From: Oceanospirillum maris DSM 6286
GTDB taxonomy: Bacteria; Pseudomonadota; Gammaproteobacteria; Pseudomonadales; Halomonadaceae
Length of the DNA stretch: 32,000 bases
Direction: 5' to 3'
Assembly: GCF_000422865.1 (NCBI RefSeq)
Contig: NZ_AUGW01000012.1
Location: forward strand, 70,280-102,279
Position numbers and translations under genes: made by a program
Part shown: positions 24,464 through 32,000 of the stretch, in pieces
Position numbering within the stretch: position 1 is the stretch's first letter
Layout: each line of letters starts with the position of its first letter
The notes under the pieces: model-generated
What the model saw: only the letters and a program-made list of their open reading frames with translations
What the model was told of the DNA's origin: nothing
The model's database searches: none

Positions 24464-26560
24464 CTATAGACGCCGTCGTGCTAATAAATAAACAAAATAG
24501 CTACCACCAATTAAAGATGCGATAACACCTGCAGATAACTGTACCGGGTACAATGCGACCCTGCCGACCCAATCAGAAAAAACTAACAGAGACCCTCCTG
24601 CAACACTTGCCAACAATATTTGAGGTAATACCCGTTTAGCTCCCAGCAGATAAGCTAGATGAGGTGACAATAGCCCGATAAAGGACACAGGGCCGATAAC
24701 AGCGGTAATTAAGGCGCAGATACCGGCGATTAATGTCAACAACCAGCCTCTAGCACGAAGCACGTTAATGCCTCTTGAGCGAGCCACATCATCACTAATA
24801 GCAATCAATGTTAATGCTCTATGCCATACCAATGTAATAGCCGATAGTACTAAAACCCCTACCGTTAGAAGGCAAGCCTGTATCGCCGTAACGCTATAAG
24901 TAGAGCCAGACATCCATAGTAAGATAGAAAAGACTTCGTCCGTCCCTCTTGCTAAAGTGAATTGCAGTATAGCGTCCAATAACGCCGTTAACGCGATACC
25001 AATTAGTACCATAACACCAGGGGAAAAAGCCTGCCGCTTACCTAGCAGCAGCAATAAACCCAGTACTAAAAAACTCCCCATAAAAGCAATCATAGGGCTA
25101 AATACCAACCATTTAGTCCCAAAAAAGAGGATAAAAATAACAATACTCAATGTTGCGCCCGCAGACAGCCCTAAAATATCAGGACTCGCCAACGGGTTTC
25201 TGATTAACCGTTGAAGCACCGTTCCTGCCACTGCCAACCCAAGGCCTGCCATCAAGGCAGTTAAAACCCGAGGCCAGCGTAGTTGCCAAAGATAACCTTC
25301 TGGCCAGTACCAACCCCAGTGAATATTGGCCTGCATATTGACACTATTATTGACTAAGATCGTTTTTGGAAAGACAAATAATGCTAAGCAAAGAACGATT
25401 ATAAAGATAAAAGCAACAACCACAGCACCTTTTTTTGGTGTGGTTTTAAACCATCGACGCTCATTACCATGGCCAACCTGATCATGACTTGAAGGAGGTG
25501 GAGCTACCCGCTCGTTATCCGCGCCTCGTTTCAAGGAAAGTAAGATAAGTGCCGGTGCGCCAATTAAAGCAGCGGCAGCACCACTAGGCACAAGTTGACC
25601 AAAAGATTGAGTGGCTTTTATAGCGATCAAATCAGTGATCAATAATAGGCTCGCACCGATAACGGCACTAGCAACCATCTCAATTCGTGCCGAGCGAGCA
25701 TAAAAACGCCGAGCGATTTGAGGCGTTAACAAACCAATAAAACCGATCAATCCTACCGTTGCGATAGCACTCGCGGTTAACCAAAGAGCCATTAATAACA
25801 GCGTGATTAGCACCGGTATCAGGTTCAACCCACGACTTTGGGCACCTTGCTCCCCTAACCTCATTAACATTAAAGGACGGTGAGCCAATATAACCAAAAG
25901 CAAAAGTGGCGATACCCGTGGAAGTAACCAAATAACATCGTTCCAATCACCTTGAGCCAGATCCCCGGCGCCCCAGATAAAAAGATTACGCACATACTGA
26001 TCATTCAACAACACAAACGCTGAGGCTAAAGCGCCAAACAATAAGCTAATAGCCATACCAGAAAGAACAATAGGCAACCCTCTAAAACCTGACCGACGCG
26101 CAACCAAAAGGCTTAGGCCGACAGCAACAGTTGCACCTGCCATAGCCCACCATTCCCGATAAAGAACCGCAAGTGTTGGAAAAAAAACAGATGCCGCAAC
26201 CAAGCCTAACCATGCACCGGAAGAAGCCCCTAAGGTCATCGGCGAAACAAGAGTATTCTGCAGCAGTTGCTGTAGCAAACTACCGACAAACCCTAGAGTT
26301 GCACCAACCAATATCGCCATCAACATTCTTGGCATAGCGCTGTAGTAATACTCAAACTCAGCAAAATCCTGCGGGGCTAATGTTAGCCACACATGCCACT
26401 GCTGAAGAAAACTAAGCGATGTTTCGCTCTGCAGATGGAAAACAACCGCTAGCGCCAGCAAACCAAAACCCAGTAGAGGTAGGGCAAAGGAAAACCGAGG
26501 CAAAATTGAAAACTTAGATTGGGCTACCTTCACAGAAGCTTTGGTTAAGGCAGAAGACAT
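24464..26560 (-). CDS. fhuB: Ferric-siderophore ABC transporter permease, fused double-domain FhuB type
   Basis: The 698-aa protein contains two FecCD-family permease halves, as in E. coli FhuB. It sits in a fhuC-D-B operon context. Confidence 0.85.
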   Translation of the reverse strand: MSSALTKASVKVAQSKFSILPRFSFALPLLGFGLLALAVVFHLQSETSLSFLQQWHVWLTLAPQDFAEFEYYYSAMPRMLMAILVGATLGFVGSLLQQLLQNTLVSPMTLGASSGAWLGLVAASVFFPTLAVLYREWWAMAGATVAVGLSLLVARRSGFRGLPIVLSGMAISLLFGALASAFVLLNDQYVRNLFIWGAGDLAQGDWNDVIWLLPRVSPLLLLVILAHRPLMLMRLGEQGAQSRGLNLIPVLITLLLMALWLTASAIATVGLIGFIGLLTPQIARRFYARSARIEMVASAVIGASLLLITDLIAIKATQSFGQLVPSGAAAALIGAPALILLSLKRGADNERVAPPPSSHDQVGHGNERRWFKTTPKKGAVVVAFIFIIVLCLALFVFPKTILVNNSVNMQANIHWGWYWPEGYLWQLRWPRVLTALMAGLGLAVAGTVLQRLIRNPLASPDILGLSAGATLSIVIFILFFGTKWLVFSPMIAFMGSFLVLGLLLLLGKRQAFSPGVMVLIGIALTALLDAILQFTLARGTDEVFSILLWMSGSTYSVTAIQACLLTVGVLVLSAITLVWHRALTLIAISDDVARSRGINVLRARGWLLTLIAGICALITAVIGPVSFIGLLSPHLAYLLGAKRVLPQILLASVAGGSLLVFSDWVGRVALYPVQLSAGVIASLIGGSYFVYLLARRRL

Positions 26561-27582
26561 TATTTTATCCCTGCACTGGTATGGCTATTTAAGGCATGAT
26601 TATTGGATGCAATCGTTGCAGGCAAAGTCATCAGAGCTTCAACAAAATGTTCTGCCAGATAACTAATAGACAGCGCTCCACCGTAGGTCCACGTAGAGCG
26701 TACCGGAGCAATACGCCCTTCCGCCACAAATGGCATCATACGAAACAAAGGCTGCTCGAATAACTCAGCCTCCTTAGGTAAAGGCCGAAGATAAAGCAGA
26801 ACCCCTTTCATATACGCCAAATCCCGAATAGGCTTTTGAACCTGCCCCCAAGTTGAATTCTTGATGGCTATGGCCGGTTCAATACCCAGTTCCTTTAGAG
26901 CCGCAAGGGGCATAGAATTAAGCCCATAGGCTCGCACATGATGAGCATCAGAGAAGCGAACAACGGTAACCTTTGGCAGTTGGCCGTTGAAATACACATT
27001 AAGCCGTTGCTTTAATTGTTTAAGTTTCTCATTTTGAGCATCAAGCCGAGCCATGGCGATATCTGCTTTACCCAACGCAACGGCTAACTGCTGAAAGGAT
27101 TCCTTAATGGCACTGAAATTATCATGATCTGCTCGATAATTATCAAAATAAAGCACGGGGGCAATCGGCTTAAGCCGTGCAATCATATTTTTCTGCATAC
27201 TGCCAATGACAATCAAGTCAGGTTTTAACCCTGCTATACGCTCAATATTAGGCTCTGCACGGGTGCCTACATCCATCACCGTCTCGGGAATAACCGGCTG
27301 AGCAACCCATGTTTTATAACCTTCAATTTCAGCAACCCCGAGCGGAGTCACGCCCAGCTCAAGCATTTCTTCGGTTGCCCCCCAATTAAGAGCAATCACT
27401 CTTGTGGCAGGAGCCGGCAGTTCTTGCGACCCTAAACTGTCCTTTACAGTTAACGCTAAAGCCGCAGGGCTGATTAGCATATAGATCAAAAACACTATAA
27501 ATGTCGTCAATGGCGATACGGTAAGAGCCAGCGTATTATCAACATGAATCAGATAACGGTTTTTCAACGGTATAACACCCAT
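26560..27582 (-). CDS. fhuD: Periplasmic ferric-siderophore binding protein (FhuD-like, cluster A-II SBP)
   Basis: Family-like motifs are present (RVIALNWGATEEMLELGVTPLGVA, KPDLIVIG). A hydrophobic signal-like segment ends in ...SPAALA/LTVKD. The exact start is uncertain. The stop overlaps the fhuB start by 1 nt. Confidence 0.75.
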   Translation of the reverse strand: MGVIPLKNRYLIHVDNTLALTVSPLTTFIVFLIYMLISPAALALTVKDSLGSQELPAPATRVIALNWGATEEMLELGVTPLGVAEIEGYKTWVAQPVIPETVMDVGTRAEPNIERIAGLKPDLIVIGSMQKNMIARLKPIAPVLYFDNYRADHDNFSAIKESFQQLAVALGKADIAMARLDAQNEKLKQLKQRLNVYFNGQLPKVTVVRFSDAHHVRAYGLNSMPLAALKELGIEPAIAIKNSTWGQVQKPIRDLAYMKGVLLYLRPLPKEAELFEQPLFRMMPFVAEGRIAPVRSTWTYGGALSISYLAEHFVEALMTLPATIASNNHALNSHTSAGIK

Positions 27583-27607
27583 AAAATCTCTTCTTTAAAC
27601 AACTATT

Positions 27608-28372
27608 CTAAGCAACAACGGCCACTTCATGCCCATGGGGGTGAGCCAGTGTTTGAATTGGAATATCATAAAGCGCTGTCAGGCTTTCATTGTTCATTAA
27701 AGCCGCAGGCTCATCATCAAAAATAACAACCCCTTGTTTTAGCGCCAAAATTCGATCGGCGAATCGTGCAGCCAAATTGATATCATGCAAGATAATGACA
27801 ATCCCTCGGCCGGTTGCGCGATTCAAGCGTCGCAAAAGATTCATTAACGCATATTGATGGGAAAGATCGAGAGCCGATGTTGGTTCATCCAGCAACATAT
27901 ACGGGGTTTGTTGTGCCAGTAACATTGCGATCCATGCCCGTTGCCGCTCGCCGCCAGACATCTGATCAACGGCTGATTGAGCATGGGCTTCAAGATCCGT
28001 ATCCGCCAAGGCTTGATCAATAATAAAATCATCATGCTTCAACCATCGACCCAACAGTCCTCGCCAAGGAAAACGCCCCAGCCGAACCAGTTCTCGGACA
28101 CTTAAACCATCGGCAACAGGAAGATGCTGAGGAAGATAGGCAACTTTCTGCGCAAAGGCTTTTTGGCTCATCTCGTCCAACGGCTGGTCCTGATAAGAAA
28201 CAATACCTTGATCCGGAGAGAACTGACGAGCCAGCAGTTTCATTAATGTCGATTTACCCGAGCCGTTGTGGCCCAGAATCACGGTAATCTCACCTTCATT
28301 TAAACTGAGTTCACCAATTGAGAGAATATTTATTCCTTGGCGCTCAACTTGTATACCGTTCAGATGCAACAT
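27608..28372 (-). CDS. fhuC: Ferric-siderophore ABC transporter ATP-binding protein
   Basis: Walker A GHNGSGKST, signature MSGGERQR and Walker B MLLDEPTSALD are present, with FhuC/FecE-like sequence overall. Confidence 0.88.
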   Translation of the reverse strand: MLHLNGIQVERQGINILSIGELSLNEGEITVILGHNGSGKSTLMKLLARQFSPDQGIVSYQDQPLDEMSQKAFAQKVAYLPQHLPVADGLSVRELVRLGRFPWRGLLGRWLKHDDFIIDQALADTDLEAHAQSAVDQMSGGERQRAWIAMLLAQQTPYMLLDEPTSALDLSHQYALMNLLRRLNRATGRGIVIILHDINLAARFADRILALKQGVVIFDDEPAALMNNESLTALYDIPIQTLAHPHGHEVAVVA

Positions 28373-28481
28373 CTTAATATCCTGTTTAGCTGTCCTGTTT
28401 AACTGTCTTTTTAGCGCTTTCTGCGGCCTTTTTGGCTTTTATACGTTTCTTCTTAGCCACATGCGTTAGCTCTATTCGAAG

Positions 28482-29426
28482 TTAGTTCTTACTCCACGAC
28501 GCCTTGATGAGCTCAATTCTTGTCTCTGGTTTATGCCTTGGGCAACTAGCACAGACACTGCTGTCGTTACAGCGAAAGTGCTGGCAACAGCCCTTTCTAT
28601 CCAATGCAAGCCTCTCAGGCTGGTCACGGTCTTCCTGTCCGTTTCCCTCTTCGCCAAAAGGAATCCGCATAAATCCACTGGCATCATCTAAGCGAAGCGC
28701 CTGTAACCATTGCTGGGCAAACAATATGATCTGTTGATTGCTATCTTTAGTCCCTTGAAGCGGTAACAGGTTCGTTTGTTGAAGCTGTAACAAAGTACTT
28801 AACAAACGGTCAGCAAAAAGTCGGCTCGCAAGCTTACGGTTTATCGGGTAAAGCGCCGTCAACTGATCCAGCATTACGTTTAAAAATGTTTCAAGTTCGT
28901 AAGCCCCCAGTTTAAGACGGTTTTCTAGCGAAGAATCTAGGCGTTCACACTGAAGAAAAGCATTTGAAGGCAGTGAAAGGCCGCCTACAAAGTCCCCCTG
29001 TAGCTTCTGACCGACCTGAGAAAGCGATAACTGAAAACCTGAAAGATGCACACAGGAGGTCATCAAAATAATAGGTTGCCAACACAGCATATTCCAAGTT
29101 TGAGCCGCCCAATAAAAACGGCCCGCCTCCGGTGTATTTTGCTTAATATGTTGGTACAACCTATCAATAAGCACCTGGTTATCTCTAGAGGAGACCAACT
29201 CATCCGGTTTTGGCTGACGAAAGAGCGGAGCCATAGCAGGCAAGCGTTGAGCCAAATTCTGAATAAAATGGTTTAGTGCAGGGTCAGGAATCTCCTGATA
29301 AACCTCATCGTCTGAGATTAATAACGCACAGTTCATACGGCTGACCATTTGGCGACTGCCATCCAACTTTGAAAAATGATTAACTGGTGCAAATGATAAT
29401 ACATCCAATAAAGATTTCAAAGACAA
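28482..29426 (-). CDS. fhuF: Siderophore-iron reductase FhuF family (C-terminal 2Fe-2S)
   Basis: The C-terminal motif CCQHFRCNDSSVCASCPR reads as C-C-x10-C-x2-C, as in E. coli FhuF (CCQRYRLPDVQQCGDC). The start is uncertain: TTG at 29426 or the internal ATG (MVSRM...) 26 codons downstream. Confidence 0.75.
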   Translation of the reverse strand: MSLKSLLDVLSFAPVNHFSKLDGSRQMVSRMNCALLISDDEVYQEIPDPALNHFIQNLAQRLPAMAPLFRQPKPDELVSSRDNQVLIDRLYQHIKQNTPEAGRFYWAAQTWNMLCWQPIILMTSCVHLSGFQLSLSQVGQKLQGDFVGGLSLPSNAFLQCERLDSSLENRLKLGAYELETFLNVMLDQLTALYPINRKLASRLFADRLLSTLLQLQQTNLLPLQGTKDSNQQIILFAQQWLQALRLDDASGFMRIPFGEEGNGQEDRDQPERLALDRKGCCQHFRCNDSSVCASCPRHKPETRIELIKASWSKN

Positions 29427-29439
29427 ATAAGAAGCAATC

Positions 29440-31068
29440 TCATTTAAATATCAGCGCGTGCTTTAACGCCAGCACCATCGTCGCCATCGAAGACTCTGTC
29501 GGGGCAGTAAAGCCTAGAATAAATCCTTGCTGATCAAGGGCGGAAGTCAGGTAATCAGCATCGGCAAAATGCTGAGACAAGGGTAATAGTCGAATGCCTT
29601 TTACCATCAAGTCCTCTGCAATCTGTTGGTCAAGCAATGTTGAACCTAAAGATAAACCCATCTTGTCTTTTATCGCCTCTATCACATCTGCCTTAAATCG
29701 AATTAAAAGATGCATTCCTCCCTGAGGTACCTGCCAGTCAAACCACTGACTTAAATGCCGCTCAATCTGCTGTAATAGAAAATCTCTCTTTTGCCGGTAA
29801 TGCCTACGCATCCGGTTAACATGGCGGGCAAACTCTCCATTTTTCATAAATTCAGCCACAACAGGCTGCATCGGCAGTGCCGCCGAGCTACCTAACTCCG
29901 CTCGGCTTTCTTCTAAGGCCGAATAATAGGCGTCAGGGGCCACAATAAAACCTAACCTTAATCCTCTAAATAAAACTTTTGAAAAACTACCCACAAAAAA
30001 GGTGCGCCCAGAGTGGTCGGCCTGCATTAGGGGAAGCCCGCTTTTACCATTAAAGGAAAACTCATTGTCATAGTCATCTTCCACCAACCAACATTGTTCT
30101 TCCTGTAGATGCTTTAGCCATTGCTGGCGACGCTGCGGGCTTAAGGCTATTCCTGTGGGGTATTGGCGATTAGGCGTTAACAACACAATAGGAGGGGCTT
30201 TTGGCCTGGACGACTCAGTCCCTAACGCAGAAGGTAAGCAACAGCCTTCTTGATCCAAGGGTAAAAGATAGGTCGGCGGGATAGAAGGTTGAGATCTCGT
30301 TGTCGAGATCTTAGATACTGAACTTGATGGTGAACTTAATGGCTGCCAGCTCTCAATCAACCGGTGAATCGGTGGATAAGCGGGGTTTTCCGCTAACCAA
30401 CGGCTGTTAGGGCTGATCTTTATGAAGGTACGCCTAAGCAGCGTTAACGCATCACGGCTACCCGCAGTGATTAAAATCTGCTGAGGCTTACAGGCAAGCC
30501 CTCTCAGTTGATATAGGTACTCTGCAACCGCCTGTTTAAGCTGAGGCAAACCCGTTGGATAACCATCTTCTAAAACCAGAGGGTCAGGATTTATCCAGCT
30601 GGATCGCATACTTTTTAGCCAACTCTGTTCTGGAAATACCGTCCCATCAATACCAGAGCTAAAACTCAATGGCTCTGGCAATATCTCTGATACTTCTGAT
30701 TCTAAAGGATAAATAGTCTCTCGCGGTGGCTCCGGTTGCGGTATCGGTTGAGAGTCTAGGAGCTGAACAGGAGCAAGCTTGATACTTTGCAGAATATAAG
30801 CCGACTGTTCCGCAACAAACACCCCGCTTTTTAGCTGGCTGGTTAAGATTCCTTCAGCGATAAGGCGGTCGTAGGCGTTAACAACAGTGCTTCTTGATGT
30901 ACCAAGACTTTGGGCGAGATTTCGGCTGCTAGGAAGCCGATCAAAGGGCTTTAGCCTTTGTTGCTTAATACCGAGTAAAATCTGATCGATTAACTGTTGA
31001 TAAAAAGGCCCTGCTTGCTCCTGTAGAGAAAAGCTTAGACTACCGATTGTGTTTCTATTATGGGTCAT
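29440..31068 (-). CDS. MocR/PdxR-type regulator: GntR wHTH fused to a fold-type-I aminotransferase-like domain
   Basis: The N-terminal GntR HTH is LPSSRNLAQSLGTSRSTVVNAYDRLIAEGIL. The C-terminal AAT-like domain carries the PLP-Lys context GSFSKVLFRGLRLGF. Two Pro/Ser-rich low-complexity inserts make the protein unusually long at 542 aa. Confidence 0.85.
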   Translation of the reverse strand: MTHNRNTIGSLSFSLQEQAGPFYQQLIDQILLGIKQQRLKPFDRLPSSRNLAQSLGTSRSTVVNAYDRLIAEGILTSQLKSGVFVAEQSAYILQSIKLAPVQLLDSQPIPQPEPPRETIYPLESEVSEILPEPLSFSSGIDGTVFPEQSWLKSMRSSWINPDPLVLEDGYPTGLPQLKQAVAEYLYQLRGLACKPQQILITAGSRDALTLLRRTFIKISPNSRWLAENPAYPPIHRLIESWQPLSSPSSSVSKISTTRSQPSIPPTYLLPLDQEGCCLPSALGTESSRPKAPPIVLLTPNRQYPTGIALSPQRRQQWLKHLQEEQCWLVEDDYDNEFSFNGKSGLPLMQADHSGRTFFVGSFSKVLFRGLRLGFIVAPDAYYSALEESRAELGSSAALPMQPVVAEFMKNGEFARHVNRMRRHYRQKRDFLLQQIERHLSQWFDWQVPQGGMHLLIRFKADVIEAIKDKMGLSLGSTLLDQQIAEDLMVKGIRLLPLSQHFADADYLTSALDQQGFILGFTAPTESSMATMVLALKHALIFK

Positions 31069-31213
31069 GGTTAGGAATCTGGACTGATTAATAAGTTAAA
31101 AAGTGGCTATTTTTTAGCCTGCCTGATGGGCGTAGAGTCTACATAGATCTTACGGAATATCTCAGGCTTTATTTAACGTCAGTCGAGTTTTATCCCTATA
31201 AAAAGGAACGGTT

Positions 31214-31885
31214 ATGTCCTCCAGCGCTCAAGAGAAAAAACAAACATCATCCGCCAACAACCCTCTAGTCCAGGTCAAACGAGGCCGTAACCGATCAATT
31301 AATGATCGGCAAGCCTTGCTCGATTTTATCGATCAGTCATTAATCTGTTATGTCGGTTTTCAGATAGCGGGACAGGTGCGGGTTATTCCAACCTGCCATT
31401 GGCGCGATGGCGAGTATCTTTACTGGCACGGACACAGCAAAGCCGCCAATATTGCTGGAGCAGATAAAGAAGGGCAAAAAGTGTGCATTACCCTATCCAG
31501 TTTAGATGGTTTGGTTATGGCTCGTTCTGCCTTTCATCATTCGGTCAATTACCGATCCGCAATGATCTATGGTGTGCCTGAGGCCATTACAGATCCAGAA
31601 GAAAAACACGAGCAGTTCGAGCGTTTTGTCGAGAAAATCAGTCCCGGACGATGGCCTCAATTAAGGCCGGTCACGGCAACAGAGACACAAGCGACGGGCA
31701 TCCTGCGGATTAAGCTCGATGAAGCCTCTATGAAGGTTCGAGCAGAAGGCGTTATTGACGATAAAGATGATATGGATTGGCCTGTTTGGGCTGGCGTTCT
31801 GCCTTTAGCCCCGTCTTGGGGCGAACCAGAACAGGATACACAGCAAACAAACGATTACCCCTTACCGGATAAGCCATCCTTATAG
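31214..31885 (+). CDS. Pyridoxamine 5'-phosphate oxidase-family FMN-binding split-barrel protein (Pyridox_ox_2/NimA-like)
   Basis: The pattern R..R...DR..L..FID....C.VGF...G...VIP......G..LYWHG....A resembles the PF12900-type N-terminus. Being divergent from a MocR regulator is a typical arrangement. Confidence 0.65.
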   Translation: MSSSAQEKKQTSSANNPLVQVKRGRNRSINDRQALLDFIDQSLICYVGFQIAGQVRVIPTCHWRDGEYLYWHGHSKAANIAGADKEGQKVCITLSSLDGLVMARSAFHHSVNYRSAMIYGVPEAITDPEEKHEQFERFVEKISPGRWPQLRPVTATETQATGILRIKLDEASMKVRAEGVIDDKDDMDWPVWAGVLPLAPSWGEPEQDTQQTNDYPLPDKPSL

Positions 31886-31898
31886 CAAACCTAAAAGC

Positions 31899-32000
31899 TT
31901 AATGATTGCCTTGGTATTTCTTTAAGCTTTTTTGAAGTTTCTCATTTTCTTTTTTCATATCTTGATATAAAGCGCTAACTCTTAGGTATTCACGCTGAGA
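31899..32000 (-). CDS. Possible 3' end of a minus-strand CDS that runs off the window
   Basis: The frame is open from the window edge to a TAA at 31899-31901 (...SQREYLRVSALYQDMKKENEKLQKSLKKYQGNH*). Only 33 codons are visible, and I recognised no family. Confidence 0.25.
   Translation of the reverse strand, partial: SQREYLRVSALYQDMKKENEKLQKSLKKYQGNH

Noticed and set aside
28386-28460. A 24-codon Lys-rich mini-ORF (GTG start; VAKKKRIKAKKAAESAKKTVKQDS) in the fhuF-fhuC spacer on the minus strand
   Set aside because: It has no SD and a non-ATG start. It overlaps the tandem repeat, and low-complexity A-rich sequence produces Lys codons trivially.
29427-29460. Fur box at the MocR stop / fhuF start
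   Set aside because: Only about 10 of 16 positions match the core of GATAATGATAATCATTATC. That is too weak to call without a position weight matrix score.
31105-31119. GGCTA-N5-TAGCC inverted repeat in the MocR/PNPOx divergent region, considered as a MocR operator
   Set aside because: The arms are only 5 bp. It cannot be distinguished from chance without comparative data.
31893-31931. Hairpin AAAAGCTTAA / TTAAGCTTTT after the PNPOx-family gene, considered as a terminator
   Set aside because: The stem is AT-rich and built from two self-palindromic AAGCTT sites with a 19-nt loop. It also overlaps the possible end of a convergent CDS. It is too weak to call.

Overview
This window looks like a chromosomal segment from a gammaproteobacterium, judged only from gene content; I cannot name the organism. 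It holds about 30 protein-coding genes and is densely packed. I found no rRNA, tRNA, CRISPR array or recognisable IS/transposon.

Gene content, left to right:
- The 3' part of a FadL/OmpP1-family outer-membrane channel.
- A divergent pair, a KfrA-N-domain coiled-coil DNA-binding protein and a tyrosine recombinase. A lox/FRT-like 11-8-11 palindrome and direct repeats lie between them.
- sufE-like, miaE, a DUF1289/YdhL Cys4 protein, an orphan yidD and a monofunctional hisI.
- A tightly coupled minus-strand cluster: class-I dihydroorotase-like, znuA, znuC, znuB (then hisI). It is preceded by a Zur-box-like palindrome, so it resembles a zinc-starvation operon.
- A lipoprotein carrying 13 tandem 9-bp (Ser-Asn-Ser) repeats.
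- A protein that aligns by eye along its length to the replication-terminator protein Tus.
- A complete 7-gene V/A-type ATPase operon.
- ycjX-ycjF.
- A TagD-like cytidylyltransferase next to a divergent CDP-alcohol phosphatidyltransferase.
- A co-directional MocR regulator, fhuF and fhuC-fhuD-fhuB chain.
- A divergent PNPOx-family (Pyridox_ox_2-like) gene.

The most unusual item is the V/A-type ATPase operon:
- Its gene order is B-D-I-K-E-X-A, a circular permutation of the Bacteroidetes/Chlamydiae-type order E-X-A-B-D-I-K.
- It has a minimal subunit set.
- Its 4-TM proteolipid carries the full Na+-binding signature.

Other points worth a second look:
- The Tus-like gene lies 1.1 kb from an exact 11-nt match to the E. 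coli Ter core, and that 11-mer sits inside the Zur-box-like site.
- The recombinase/KfrA module with its candidate core site.
- miaE and the Cys4 protein, whose reading frames overlap.
- The cytidylyltransferase/phosphotransferase pair.

All functional calls come from reading the translated ORFs against remembered family motifs. No database search was run.
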